Shown: positions 38,606 to 51,100 of the stretch, piece by piece
Layout: each line of letters starts with the position of its first letter
Numbering within the stretch: position 1 is the first letter of the stretch
Assembly: GCF_000315625.1 (NCBI RefSeq)
Contig: NW_005434612.1
Coordinates: 417,325-481,324, forward strand
Length of the DNA stretch: 64,000 nucleotides
Direction: 5' to 3'
DNA from: Guillardia theta CCMP2712
Taxonomy: Eukaryota; Protista; Cryptophyta
The notes under the pieces: model-generated
Database searches by the model: none
What the model saw: the letters and a program-made list of their open reading frames with translations, nothing else
What the model was told of the DNA's origin: nothing
Made by a program: the position numbers and the translations under genes

Positions 38606-41088
38606 ATGGCGTACAAGGAGAAATGCGGCGTCTTCGGTGTCTATGTAAGAACAAAGAGACGATGATGATGATGAACGATCATCGATGAGACAGCAGAGAG
38701 CAGAGAGCAGAGAGCTGTATTCAGATATCATTGCTCAGTGATTACTGCCACGCTGAAGATGAGCAGATATAGGGGGAGATAGGTACCTTTGGCAGAAGCA
38801 GTCGAACTCAACAGGAAGAAGAAGCAAAGAAGAGGAATTTCAAGAAGAAAAAGTGAATTAGGCAGATATGAAACGAACAGGCCATGGATGAGGGACTTGC
38901 CATGTTTCGATCAAAGGAGAGGAATGGCGAGGGTGATGAGGACGGGGAGAGAAAGAGAGAGAGGAGAGGAGAGCAAGGGGGAAGGGGAGAAGGAGCAACA
39001 ACAAGATCAGGATGAAACGTGTGAGTCAAGATATGAGGGATAATCTAAGGTGCTGTGGTGAATGCAGATGTGATGAACGGATGTTTGAGCGTCTTGTGTT
39101 TCAGAAACAAACGATCCTTTTCGTCTGACAGAATAGGAGTTGATGCTTCATATCATGTTGACCTCCTTGTACTTGTGCAATCTCATGCTTCTTGAGGACA
39201 TGGGTGGTGTGAGTGACTTGCAGCCGGTGGCAGAATGTCGAGAAAGCTGCGCACACAACCTACTATGGTATGGTTGGCCTGCAGCATCGGGGACAGGAAG
39301 GTGCCGGTCTCGTGTCATGCAATGTCAATGAGGCTGGGGTAAGGCTGTGCGTGCTGTATGAGGGGCTGACGAGATGGCAGCAAAGTGAGTTTCGGCTGCA
39401 TCGCGGGCATGGGCTGGTGACGGACGTCTTCACCCCCGATGACGTGGACAGCCTCGGCGGCATCAACGCCATTGGACACACACGATACTCGACAGCTGGA
39501 GGAAAGACCCAACTCGAAGGCTTTCAGGTCCGCGACCTCCTCCCCCGCTTTCCTCTCTCCTCTCTCCTCTCTCCTCTATCCTCACTGTATTGCGAAGCCC
39601 TTCTGCGTGCACTATCGTATGGGGAACCTGGCTCTGGCTCACAACGGCAACCTCTCCAACGCGACGGAACTTCGCGCCTTCTTCGAGAACCAAGGCGTGC
39701 TGACGCAGTCCACCGTCGACTCGGAGCTCTTCCTGCACTTGGTGCTGCCGTGGCGCCATGAGCTGCACCCTGACCTCTACTGCAGATCTCCCATTCTAAA
39801 CGCTCCTCACAGATCGATCAGATATTCGACGCCATGACTCAAGTTGCCTCCTCCTTCTGCTCTCGCGTCTGGTCATGCTGCTGCAGGCTGAAGGCGCTTT
39901 CTCAGTCATCATCTTGACTGATCGATTCTTTTGCGCCGTTCGAGACCCCAACGGCTTCCGTCCTCTCTGTATCGGCAGGCTGTGAGTAAGGAGGCGTCAG
40001 CGTCCAAACCCTTGACGGGTGCGAGCAGCAAAGGCAGGGGAAGAGACGGCACTGATGGATACTGCGTTGCCTCCGAGACCTGTGCGCTTGACCTGTAGAT
40101 TGCAATCACTTCCCAGCCCAGCTGACGCACAGCAGGTGCAAGGCAGAGTACGTGAGGGACGTGGAGCCAGGAGAGATGATCATCATCGACAAGAAGACGG
40201 TTCAGACCGGCACCTTCTCTTCCCTCAAGCTGCCCCAGAAGTTCGGGACGTCGCAGTGCATCTTCGAGTACGTCTACTTCGCTCGCCCAGACTCGCGTGT
40301 CTTCGGCGAGTTTGTCACCAAGGTGAGAAGGGAGCTGGGCAGACAGCTCGCGCGCGAGTGGCCGGTGCCCAAAGTGGAAGAAGGGGAGCTGCTGCCTGTC
40401 ATCATTCCGATCCCCGAGTCAGCCACCCATGCGACGTTGGGGTACCACGAGGAGTCGGTCAAGATGGGAAGGCCCTGCATCTTCGATTTCGGCTTCTTCC
40501 GCAACCCCTACGTCGGTCGCTCGTTCATCTCCCCCTCCCAGGAGCTCCGAGACCTCAAAGTTCTGTGCAAGTTCAACCCCATGGAGCACACGCTCAAGGA
40601 CAGAATCGTTGTGGTCGTCGACGACTCCATCGTTCGAGGCACCACAGCCCGTCAGCTCGTCAAGCTGCTCTACGCCGCTGGAGCAAAGCAGGTGCACGTA
40701 AGGATATCGTCTCCTCCTGTCACGGACCCGTGCTTCTACGGCATGGACTTTCCCTCCAAGGAAGAACTGTTTGCGAACAAATATCAAGGTGAGAAGAAAG
40801 GGGCTGTGAGAGGGAGAGGAAGAAGTTAGCAAGGTGAAGTAAGCTTAGATGGGGGGGGGGGGGGGGAGAAGAATTCTTCCTATGCATGATGCAGCGGCAG
40901 GTGATATCGAGGCCATGGCAGCTTGGCTTCAGGTTGACAGTCTTGGCTACCTCACTCCCGAGGGGCTTGTGGAGGCTGCGACTCGCTCCTCGGGCACTCG
41001 CCACAGCTTCTGCCGCGCCTGCTTCACCGGCGTCTACCCGGTGCCGATCGAACCCACCGGCCGTCGCGACTCATCGCTAGACTGGTAG
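38606..41088 (+). CDS. purF: amidophosphoribosyltransferase (4Fe-4S, propeptide type), multi-exon
   Basis: MAYKEK|CGVFG, LQHRGQEGAG, IGHTRYSTAG, LAHNGNL, CIFEYVYFARPDS, VVVDDSIVRGTT, PCFYGMD, CRACFTGVYP. Confidence 0.96.
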
Positions 41089-41299
41089 CAACGGTCATGG
41101 ATCACATTAAAGCGTAGGAGCCGCAGCTGCCTCAGGACGCTCCGAGTAAGTTTCTTCCGAGTCATCGTACTCGCTGATGCCGATTCTCAACACTATCACT
41201 ACTGGTGTCCTTAAAGTCTGCGTATGACTTCATTTTCTTCACGTGCCAAGACTCTCACTCCCGTCCTTACTTGCAACATCAAGCTTTCAAGTAGCCAAG

Positions 41300-44200
41300 T
41301 TTTGACTCCCGATGCACCCAAACGAGCAATCGCACTGGCCAGTCAGATACAGGCTGGAACAAGTATGTTTGTTCCGGGCTCGGATCTGCAATGAGACCAG
41401 CAGCCGCTCACCATCATCCGGCGGGAACGAAGTGCCGACCAAACGCAACATAGTCTTATGGACACTGCCAACTCTTACGGTTCACCGTGCTCGCGGTCCC
41501 AAGCCTAACTGATCAACCCCACATCCTCTTGCGCTTCGTGTAGGTAGAAAGTGCCTCAAGCAGAAGAAAGCAGCAACAAGCAGGAAGTATAGGATTTACT
41601 GGCAGAAGGTAAAAAGTGCCTCAAGCAAAACAAAGCAGGACAAGCAACACCGCTCTTGTTGCAGTGTGCTCTATGCCTGACGGTCTTGCTTGTTGCTGCT
41701 TTCGTCTGCTTGAGGCACTTTTTACCTTATGCGAGTAAAACTCAGTAGACCTACACGCACACAACACACAGTGCAAACACACTGAGTTTTACTTGCATAA
41801 GGTAAACCCTCTCTGCTGTCTACGGGGCTTCCCACGTGGGCTGGCAGTGTTGAAGTTTAGGGACTGGTTGCCAGCAGTGCTGGTTACTTTCGTGCATGCA
41901 CACAGCGCACAGCGAGAAGCTGCACAAACACACACAACAAAACAAGACTAAAGTAACCAGCACTGCTGGCAACTGTCAGCCTGAGACCCGGCACTGCCAG
42001 CCTACGCGCGAAGCCGTGCAGACAAGCAGGAAGGGCCAAGCAACCACTACCTTCTGCCAGTAAATCCTATACACCACTACGGGCCAAGCAACCACTACGG
42101 AGCAACAGTCGCTAGGAGGGGTAACAAGCAGCAGAAGCATGGCGAAGTCCGAGATGAAGCTCCCTTACACGCGATACCCGGAGGCATCCGGCGACTGACC
42201 GGTTCAGCTTGTTCCTGCTTTGTTTTGCTTGAGGCACTTTTTACCTTCTGCCAGTAAATCCTATACTGCAGCTGACGCTGGAGGCGCTCTTGTCTGGTGC
42301 GAGGCGCATGACGCCCTTGCGGGCGCAAGCACTTCTCGAGCCAGAGGACAGCTCCTCCTCGGACTTTGTCGAGTCGCCCGAGGAGTCTTCGCCGGAGGTC
42401 TCCGACTCCGATGGGGGACACCCTTCGAGTGGAGCCGACGATCGGCGCGGAGTTTTGCTTGAGGCACTTTTTACCTTCTGCCAGTAAATCCTATACCGCG
42501 ACCGGAGAGCTCGACACCACTGGGGTGCTTGCTGCTGGTCCGAGCTCGCCTGCTTCCTCCCCGGCATCGGTCGGGTCACGCCAGTCCTTGGGCATTGCCG
42601 CGGCGTCGCCGCCGTCACGGGCGGCTACCACTGACTCGGCTACCGCTGACTCGGAGGCTAGCGAGGAGGACTACCTCGAGCGGTACCGTGTTCCTGTGTC
42701 CAGCCTCCCTCCGTCCGCTGCCCCAGGCGGACACCCGGGCAGCGCCGGCTCCTTGTCGGCGGCTGCCCTTTCTCCGTCCGCGGCCGCCCGCTTTGTGGCG
42801 GCAGCGGACGTCTCGACTGACAGTGGTCAGTCGGCTGCCTCCGGGTATCGCGTCTAAGGGATTTTATTCCTCCTGCATGCTCCTGCTGCTTGTTGCTTGA
42901 TTGCTTGACCCTTAGGCTGCTTGTCTGCGCGGCTTCGCGCTTGGGCTGGCGATGCCGCGTCTGGATGCCAGCAGTGCTGGTTGTTTTCGGGCTTGTGTTT
43001 TGTGTGTGTTTGTGCAGCTTCTCGCTGTGGACTGTGTGCCTGCCGGTTCAGCTTGATCCTGCTTTGTTTTGCTTGAGGCACTTTTTACCTTCTGCCAGTA
43101 AATCCTATACTACCCCCTTAAAAACACAAGCCCGAAAAGAACCAGCACTGCTGGCACCCAGACGCGGCAGCGCCAGCCCAAGCGCGAAGCCGCGCAGACA
43201 AGCAGCCTAGCAGCCAAGATATAGGATTTACTGGCAGAAGGTAAAAAGTGCCTCAAGCAAAACAAAGCAGGAACAAGCTGAACCGGCAGGTACACAGTCC
43301 ACAGCGAGAAGCTGCACAATCACACACATCCTATATCCACACAAAACACAAGCCCGAAAACAACCAGCACTGCTGGCACCCAGACGCGGCATCGCCAGCC
43401 CAAGCGCGAAGCCGCGCAGACAAGCAGCCTAAGGGTCAAGCAATCAAGCAACAAGCAGNNNNNNNNNNNNNNNNNNNNNNNNNNNNNNNNNNNNNNNNNN
43501 NNNNNNNNNNNNNNNNNNNNNNNNNNNNNNNNNNNNNNNNNNNNNNNNNNNNNNNNNNNNNNNNNNNNNNNNNNNNNNNNNNNNNNNNNNNNNNNNNNNN
43601 NNNNNNNNNNNNNNNNNNNNNNNNNNNNNNNNNNNNNNNNNNNNNNNNNNNNNNNNNNNACCGCTCGAGGTAGTCCTCCTCGCTAGCCTCCGAGTCAGCG
43701 GTAGCCGAGTCAGCAGCTTCTCGCTGTGGACTGTGTACCTGCCGGTTCAGCTTGTTCCTGCTTTGTTTTGCTTGAGGCACTTTTTATCTTCTGCCAGTAA
43801 ATCCTATATATCTAGTCAGTGGTAGCCGCCCGTGACGGCGGCGACGCCGCAGCAATGCCCAAGGACCGGCGTGACCCGACCGATGCCGGGGAGGAAGCAG
43901 GCGAGCTCGGACCAGCAGCAAGCACCCCAGTGGTGTCGAGCTCTCCGGAGGCACCCGACGTCACAGTGAGGGACGGAGACGCCTCCGAGTCGCCAGCTCC
44001 GCGCCGATCGTCGGGGCCACTCGAAGGGTGTCCCCCATCGGAGTCGGAGACCTCCGGCGAAGAGTCAGCGGTAGCCGAGTCAGTGGTAGCCGCCCGTGAC
44101 GGCGGCGACGCCGCGGCAATGCCCAAGGACCGGCGTGACCCGACCGATGCCGGGGAGGAAGCAGGCGAGCTCGGACCAGCAGCAAGCACCCCAGTGGTGT

Positions 44201-47200
44201 CGAGCTCTCCGGAGGCACCCGACGCTCCGGCATCTACAAGGCTGAATCTTTTGCTGATCTTCTTGCTGAAGCACAAGAGAAGTTTCCTGATGGTGCGTCG
44301 CCTGCCTTTGGAAGTGCTTCCGCGGATCATCTCACCCAGCAAGCGCTTGCAGTACTGCAGGTGGATTTGACTGACATCCTCGACACCACTAGCCTGATCC
44401 AGGCGATCAAGCGCTACAGCTCCTTTGCGGGGACCGATGACCAAGGGTGGAGGATTCGGCAACAACTGCTCGAGATCTCTCCGTGCCCAGAAGCATCCTC
44501 TGGCGACCTTCTTCGTTGAGGCGCACGACTTCGTTCATAATGCTGGAGCGATCCTCTACCGTCGTGTCAAGGTTCCTGCACCGGCTGCAGATGGCGCGGC
44601 GATCCCACTGCCCCGGCTGCTGTGCCTGATGACGCAGGACGCCCCCCGGCATCTGTGGTACACACCCCTGGTTTGCGCGCTCTCGTCGACTCGTCTCATG
44701 AGTGACTTCATTCCTCCCCCTGCGCAGCGAAATGTGACCCCTCTTGTCATGCGCGTCTTCCCTCGCCATGTGCATGCTCGCGCTGCGCTGACCGATCAGC
44801 AGCGTGATATCCTCACCTTGCACAGCCGCAGGACACACTCGCTCAAGTCGCAGGATAGGGTCTTGCAGTCTACCATCTTCGCTCATTTTCCTGAGCGAGA
44901 CCTGAGCCACTCTCCGATGCGAGTCTCGAGCTACTACCCCCTCAAGGCCTTCCCGCACCGCTATGCTCAGATGCTCGACTGCTATCTCCATGGCATGCCG
45001 ATCTGCCAGTGTCCGACGAAATGTGATGGATGTCAGCGCGAGCTCGATCCCTCCGTTGCTGCACATCATCTCCAGACCTGCAAACGCCGATCCTCCAAGC
45101 TTCCCACGGCGCAAGACAACCTTACTCGTACGATTCGGTCGATGCTGAACGAAGCTGGTCTTCAGAGCGTCATCGATACAGTGGGGGATCCTCGTTCTCG
45201 ACGGCAGGTACCCTCCCATCCTCATGGCCGCAAGATGAAGGGCGATATCCACATCCCTGGAATCCGCGATCGAGGGTCCGAGCAGTACGAGGGCTTGATG
45301 GCGGACGTGACGTTGGTCCACCCTTACATTGGTAGCTCTGCCGACCTGACCAAGTGGGGGGAGGTCAACCTCGACGCCCTCCATGTTGCAGCGTCTGAGA
45401 AAATTCGCAAACATCGCGCTGCATATGCTATGACTACTCCTCCTCGAGCGTTCATCCCTCTTGCCATCTCGACGGACAGTACCCTGCATCCTGACACCCT
45501 CCGCTTCATCTGGTATCTCGCGGACATCATTGCTCAGCGCTCAATGCCTCTTGAGGATGCGGCGTTTGGTCGGCACTTCGTGCCTGATGACGGCCCTGCT
45601 GCTGAGGTCTTGGCTCGCAAACGCGCCGCCACCTATCAGCGCCTCACCATGCAGCTGACGCTGGAGGCGCTCTTGTCTGGTGCGAGGCGCATGACGCCCT
45701 TGCGGGCGCAAGCACTTCTCGAGCCAGAGGACAGCTCCTCCTCGGACTTTGTCGAGTCGCCCGAGGAGTCTTCGCCGGAGGTCTCCGACTCCGATGGGGA
45801 AACACGTCGAGTGGTGCCGACGATCGGCGCGGAGCTGGCGACTCGGAGGCGTCTTCGTCCCTCACCGTGTGACGTCGGGTGCCTCCGGAGAGCTCGACAC
45901 CACTGGGGTGCTTGCTGCTGGTCCGAGCTCGCGGTCCTTGGGCATTGCCGCGGCGTCGCCGCCGTCACGGGCGGCCGCCGGGGAGTCCCGCTGACTCGGC
46001 TACCGCTGACTCGGAGGCTAGCGAGGAGGACTACCTCGAGCGGTACCGTGTTCCTGTGTCCAGCCTCCCTCCGTCCGCTGCCCCAGGCGGACCCCCGGGC
46101 AACGCCGGCTCCTTGTCGGCGGCTGCCCTTTCTCCGTCCGCGGCCGCCCGCTTTGTGGCGGCAGCGGACGTCTCGACTGACAGTGGTCAGTCGGCTGCCT
46201 CCGGGTATCGCGTCTAAGGGATTTTATTCCTCCTGCATGCTCCTGCTGCTTGTTGCTTGATTGCTTGACCCTTAGGCTGCTTGTCTGCGCGGCTTCGCGC
46301 TTGGGCTGGCGATGCCGCGTCTGGGTGCCAGCAGTGCTGGTTGTTTTCGGGCTTGTGTTTTGTGTGTGTTTGTGCCGCTTCTCGCTGTGGACTGTGTGCC
46401 TGCCGGTTCAGCTTGATCCTGCTTTGTTTTGCTTGAGGCACTTTTTACGCCACAGCGAGAAGCTGCACAAACGACGTCACAGTGAGGGACGGAGACGCCT
46501 CGCCAGCTCCGCGCCGCCCAGACGCGGCATCGCCAGCCCAAGCGCGAAGCCGCGCAGACAAGCAGCCTAAGGGTCAAGCAACAAGCAGCAGGAGCATGCA
46601 GGAGGAATAAAATCCCTTAGACGCGATACCCGGAGGCAGCCCGTCCGCTGCCGCCACAAAGCGGGCGGCCGCGGACGGAGAAAGGGCAGCCGCCGACAAG
46701 GAGCCGGCGCTGCCCGGGGGTCCGCCAGGGGCAGCGGACGGAGGGAGGCTGGACACAGGAACACGGTACCGCTCGAGGTAGTCCTCCTCGCTGTGTATAG
46801 GATTTACTGGCAGAAGGTAAAAAGTGCCTCAAGCAAAACAAAGCAGGAACAAGCTGAACCGGCAGGCACACAGTCCACAGCGAGAAGCTGCACAAACACA
46901 CACAAAACACAAGCCCGAAAAGAACCAGCACTGCTGGCACCCAGACGCGGCATCGCCAGCCCAAGCGCGAAGCCGCGCAGACAAGCAGACAAGCAGCCTA
47001 AGGGTCAAGCAACAAGCAGCAGGAGCATGCAGGAGGAATAAAATCCCTTAGACGCGATACCCGGAGGCAGCCGACTGACCACTGTCAGTCGAGACGTCCG
47101 CTGCCGCCACAAAGCGGGCGGCCGCGGACGAAGAAAGGGCAGCCGCCGACAAGGAGCCGGCGTTGCCCGGGGGTCCGCCTGGGGCAGCGGACGGAGGGAG

Positions 47201-47950
47201 CGGCTGGACACAGGAACACGGTACCGCTCGAGGTAGTCCTCCTCGCTAGCCTCCGAGTCAGCGGAAGCCGAGTCAGCGGGAGCCGCCCGTGACGGCGGCG
47301 ACGCCGCAGCAATGCCCAAGGACCGCGAGCTCGGACCAGCAGCAAGCACCCCAGTGGTGTCGAGCTCTCCGGAGGCACCCGACGTCACAGTGAGGGACGG
47401 AGACGCCTCGCCAGCTCCGCGCCGATCGTCGGGGCCACCCGAAGGGTGTCCCCCATCGGAGTCGGAGACCTCCGGCGAAGACTCCTCCTCGGGCGACTTC
47501 GACAAAGTCCGAGGAGGAGCTGTCCTCTGGCTCGAGAAGTGCTTGCGCCCGCAAGGGCGTCATGCGCCTCGCACCAGACAAGAGCGCCTCCAGCGTCAGC
47601 TGCATGGTGAGGCGCTGATAGGTGGCGGCGCGTTTGCGAGCCAAGACCTCAGCAGCAGGTCCGTCATCAGGCACGAAGTGCCGACCAAACGCCGCATCCT
47701 CAAGAGGCATCGAGCGCTGAGCAATGATGTCCGCGAGATACCAGATGAAGCGGAGGGTGTCAGGATGCAGGGTACCGTCCGTCGAGATGGCAAGAGGGAT
47801 GAACGCTCGAGGAGGAGTACTCATAGGGGTAGTGGATTTACTGGCAGAAGGTAAAAAGTGCCTCAAGCAGAACAAAGCAGGAACAAGCTAAACCTAGCAT
47901 ATGCAGCTCGATCATGTTTGCGAATTTTCTCAGACGCTGCAACATGGAGG
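41300..47950. mobile_element. nest of fragmented non-LTR retrotransposon copies in both orientations, at least two related subfamilies
   Basis: Near-identical fragments of the 44232-46448 element recur throughout on both strands. Diverged relatives occur at 41300-42040 (e.g. AFGRHFVP coded on the minus strand near 41430). Confidence 0.88.
44232..46448 (+). pseudogene. 5'-truncated CRE-clade-like non-LTR retrotransposon: RT-thumb end, CCHC knuckle, restriction-like endonuclease, 3' UTR
   Basis: PMTKGGGFG (post-RT GGxG), CDGC..HHLQTC, QDNL (RHD-like), KGDI (PD-like), MADVTLVHP, EKIRKH, FIPLAISTD..LHP. Frameshifts near 44420 and 45800. Comparison with sister copies places the true stop at ..SGYRV* (46217). 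Confidence 0.8.
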
Positions 47951-48145
47951 GCGTGCGTCCGCCGCCGCAATTCTGCTGGACTGACTCTTGAGAGAGGCCG
48001 CGGTCTCATGGATGGAATGTAACGAGCAACGAAGTCACGTCAGCACTGGACGATTTTGTGGTTTTACTTTCATTTCGCTATCAAACAAGCCAACTCATCA
48101 TAATCATCATCACCAACGCATGTCAAGCAAAGGAGCTCTGGCCAT

Positions 48146-51100
48146 TCAGACCTTGGCAGCCTCCTTCGCCACGTCCTCCAGCACCTGATCAGACGCCTCG
48201 GGCGTCTTGGCCTCAGAGGGAGGAACGAGCTGCCAGAACTTGGGGAGGAAGGAGCTCCAGTTGTCAAGGATGCGCTTGCCTTTCACGGAGCCGGTAGCGC
48301 GAACATGAGCCTCGATGAGCCCCTTGAGCTGCTCCTCGCCCGCCTTGGTGTGAACTCGCTGCTTCTTCACGATCTCAGCGTTGAGTCGCTTCTCCACACT
48401 CCCATCCTCCTCCTCCAGAAGGTACGCGAGCCCTCCTGTCATCCCTGCCGCCACATTGCGTCCCGTCTCACCCAGAACTACCACGACACCTCCAGTCATG
48501 TACTCCAGCGCATGATCGCCCGTCCCCTCGCAGACAGCATGACAACGCGAGTTCCTCACGGCAAATCGCTCGCCCGCCTTGCCGTTGGCGAACAGACGCC
48601 CACCTGTGGCCCCGTACAGAGCCGTGTTCCCGACGATCACGTTCTCCTCGGCCAAGAACTGGGCCTCCGCTGGGGGTCGGACGACAATGTCACCGCCATG
48701 GATGCCCTTGCCCACGTAGTCGTTGACCTCACCCACAACCTCCATCGTCATGCCTGGCAGCGTGAAGGCGCCGAAGCTCTGACCGGCCGAGCCCTTGAAC
48801 ACGAGGTGAAGGTTCCCTCCCTCCCTCTCGTACCCCAAGTTCCCCCACCTCTTGGCGATCTGACCTGCGACACGAGCGCCCGTGGACCGATCGGTGTTGA
48901 CGATCTTGAGCTCCTTCTTGAGCTCCTTCGCCCCATCGATCGCAGCCATCACCTCCTTGTCAGCCAGGATCTCGTCGTCCAGCACAGGACCGTTGTCGTT
49001 GACGCCCTGCGTCCTCTCGTCGTGTACCCACGTCCTATCGTCCTTGGTATTGGGCGAGCTGAGCAGGAAGCTGAGGTCGAGGTTCTTGGTCTTGGTCGGC
49101 GCTGCCTCCTCGCGCTTCGTCAGCAGGTCGGCGCGTCCAACGAGGTCGGCGAGACTCTTGTAGCCGAGGTGAGCCATCACCTGCCGCACCTCCTGCGCGA
49201 CGAACTCAAAGTAGTTCACGACAGCCTCGGGGGTCCCAGGGAATTTCTTCCGCAGCGCCTCCTTCTGCGTCGTGACGCCCACCGGGCAGTTGTTGGTGTG
49301 GCAGATGCGAGCCATGATGCAACCCTCGGCGATCATGGCGATCGTTCCGAAACCGTACTCCTCCGCTCCCATCAGAGCTCCGAGCACAACGTCCCATCCT
49401 GTCTTCATCCCTCCGTCCACTCGCAGCAGCACGCGATCGCGCAGGCCGTTCTCGTAAAGAGTCTTGTGTACCTCTGTCAGCCCCAACTCCCATGGCAGCC
49501 CCGCGTGCTTGATGGACGAGAGTGGCGACGCGCCGGTGCCGCCGTCGTGCCCGGAGATGTGGATGACGTCAGCATTCGCCTTCGCCACTCCCGACGCGAC
49601 GGTGCCGATGCCAGAGCAGGCGACGAGCTTAACGCTGACCTTGGCCTTGGGGTTGATCATGTGCAGGTCGTAGATCAGCTGAGCAAGATCCTCGATGGAG
49701 TAGATGTCGTGGTGGGGGGGAGGAGAGATCAGAGTCACTCCGGGCTTGGACAACCTCAGCGTCGCGATGTACTTGTCGATCTTGTTGCCCGGCAGCTGCC
49801 CGCCCTCACCAGGCTTCGCTCCCTGCGCGATCTTGATCTCGATCTGCGACGCCGTCATCAAGTACTCGGGAGTCACCCCGAACCGCCCGGACGCGACTTG
49901 CTTGATCTTCGACGTGATCTCGTCCCCGTTCTTGAGGCCACGCAGGTGCGGAAAGCTGGGCGAGTGACCGGACTCGTCCACGTCGGCGATGGGCTTGAAG
50001 CGAAGCTCGTCCTCTCCTCCTTCGCCAGAGTTCGACTTGCCGCCGATGCGGTTCATCGCCACCGAGAGAGTCTCATGGGCCTCGCGCGAGAGAGCTCCCA
50101 GCGACATGCCGCCCGTGTTAAACTTGCGCATGATCTCCTCCACGGGCTCGACCTCATCTAGAGCAATGGGCTTGCGGTCAGACTTGATGTCTAGCAGATC
50201 ACGGAGGACGGCAAGCGGAGCGTTCTTGAGGGACTGCTGGAAGAGCTCATAGTCGGCGACGCTCTTCTCTCGGATCGCCTTATGGAGCAGCTTGGTCAGA
50301 GGAGGAGCGTTGTGGTGGTACTCGCGTCCAGTGTAGTACTTGACGAACCCGTAGTTCTCGAGCTGCTTCAATGGAGTCTCCGGGAAGCCAGTCGCGTGAA
50401 GCGATGCGATCTCGTTAGCCACGTCGCCGACACTCATGCCGCCAACCCTCGAGACGCTGCCCTTGAAGGCCAGGTCGATCACGTCCTTGCCCAGACCGAT
50501 CGCCTCGAAGATCTGTGCGGCGTTGTAGGAGGACAGGAGCGAGATCCCGATCTTCGACATGATCTTGTACAGGCCGGCATCCACTGACTCGCGATAGTTC
50601 ACCAGCGCGTCCTCCACTGAGATCTTGGGGATGCGTCCTGTCTCCATCAGCGACTGCGTCTTGGTTGACGCGTGCCAGGATCGAACGCCCTCGTAAGCCG
50701 CGTAGGGCAGCACAGCGCTGGCACCGTAACCTACCAAGCAGGCGAAGTGATGCGTACTCCAGGCCTGAGCAGTTTCAACGACGATGGAGGCCTGAAGCCT
50801 GAGCTTCTGGGAGAGAAGGTGGTGGTGGACTGCTCCAACAGCCATGAGGGGGGGGATGTAAGTTTGCTCAGCTGAGATTCCAGCTGGGGTGTAGTCAGAC
50901 AGCACGAGGATCTCAGCTCCGGACTTGACGGCTTCCTCTGCCTGCTTCTTGAGAGCGTTGACCTGCTCCTCGAGGCCCTGGGGTCCCTTGGAGATATCGT
51001 AGAGGGTGGAGAGAGTCACCGACTTCTTGGCCCCCTTGATCATGTCAAGCTCCTTCTCGTTGATCACCGGCGACTCGATCTTGATCTGCTCGGCGTTGTG

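Noticed and set aside
44407-45489. 360-aa minus-strand ORF in the retroelement
   Set aside because: Antisense to the RLE-encoding frame, with no motifs.
41543-47889. CRISPR-like array formed by the recurring ~45-bp sequence
   Set aside because: Spacing and orientation are irregular, the intervening DNA is element-derived, and there are no cas genes. It is the 3' end of the retrotransposon.
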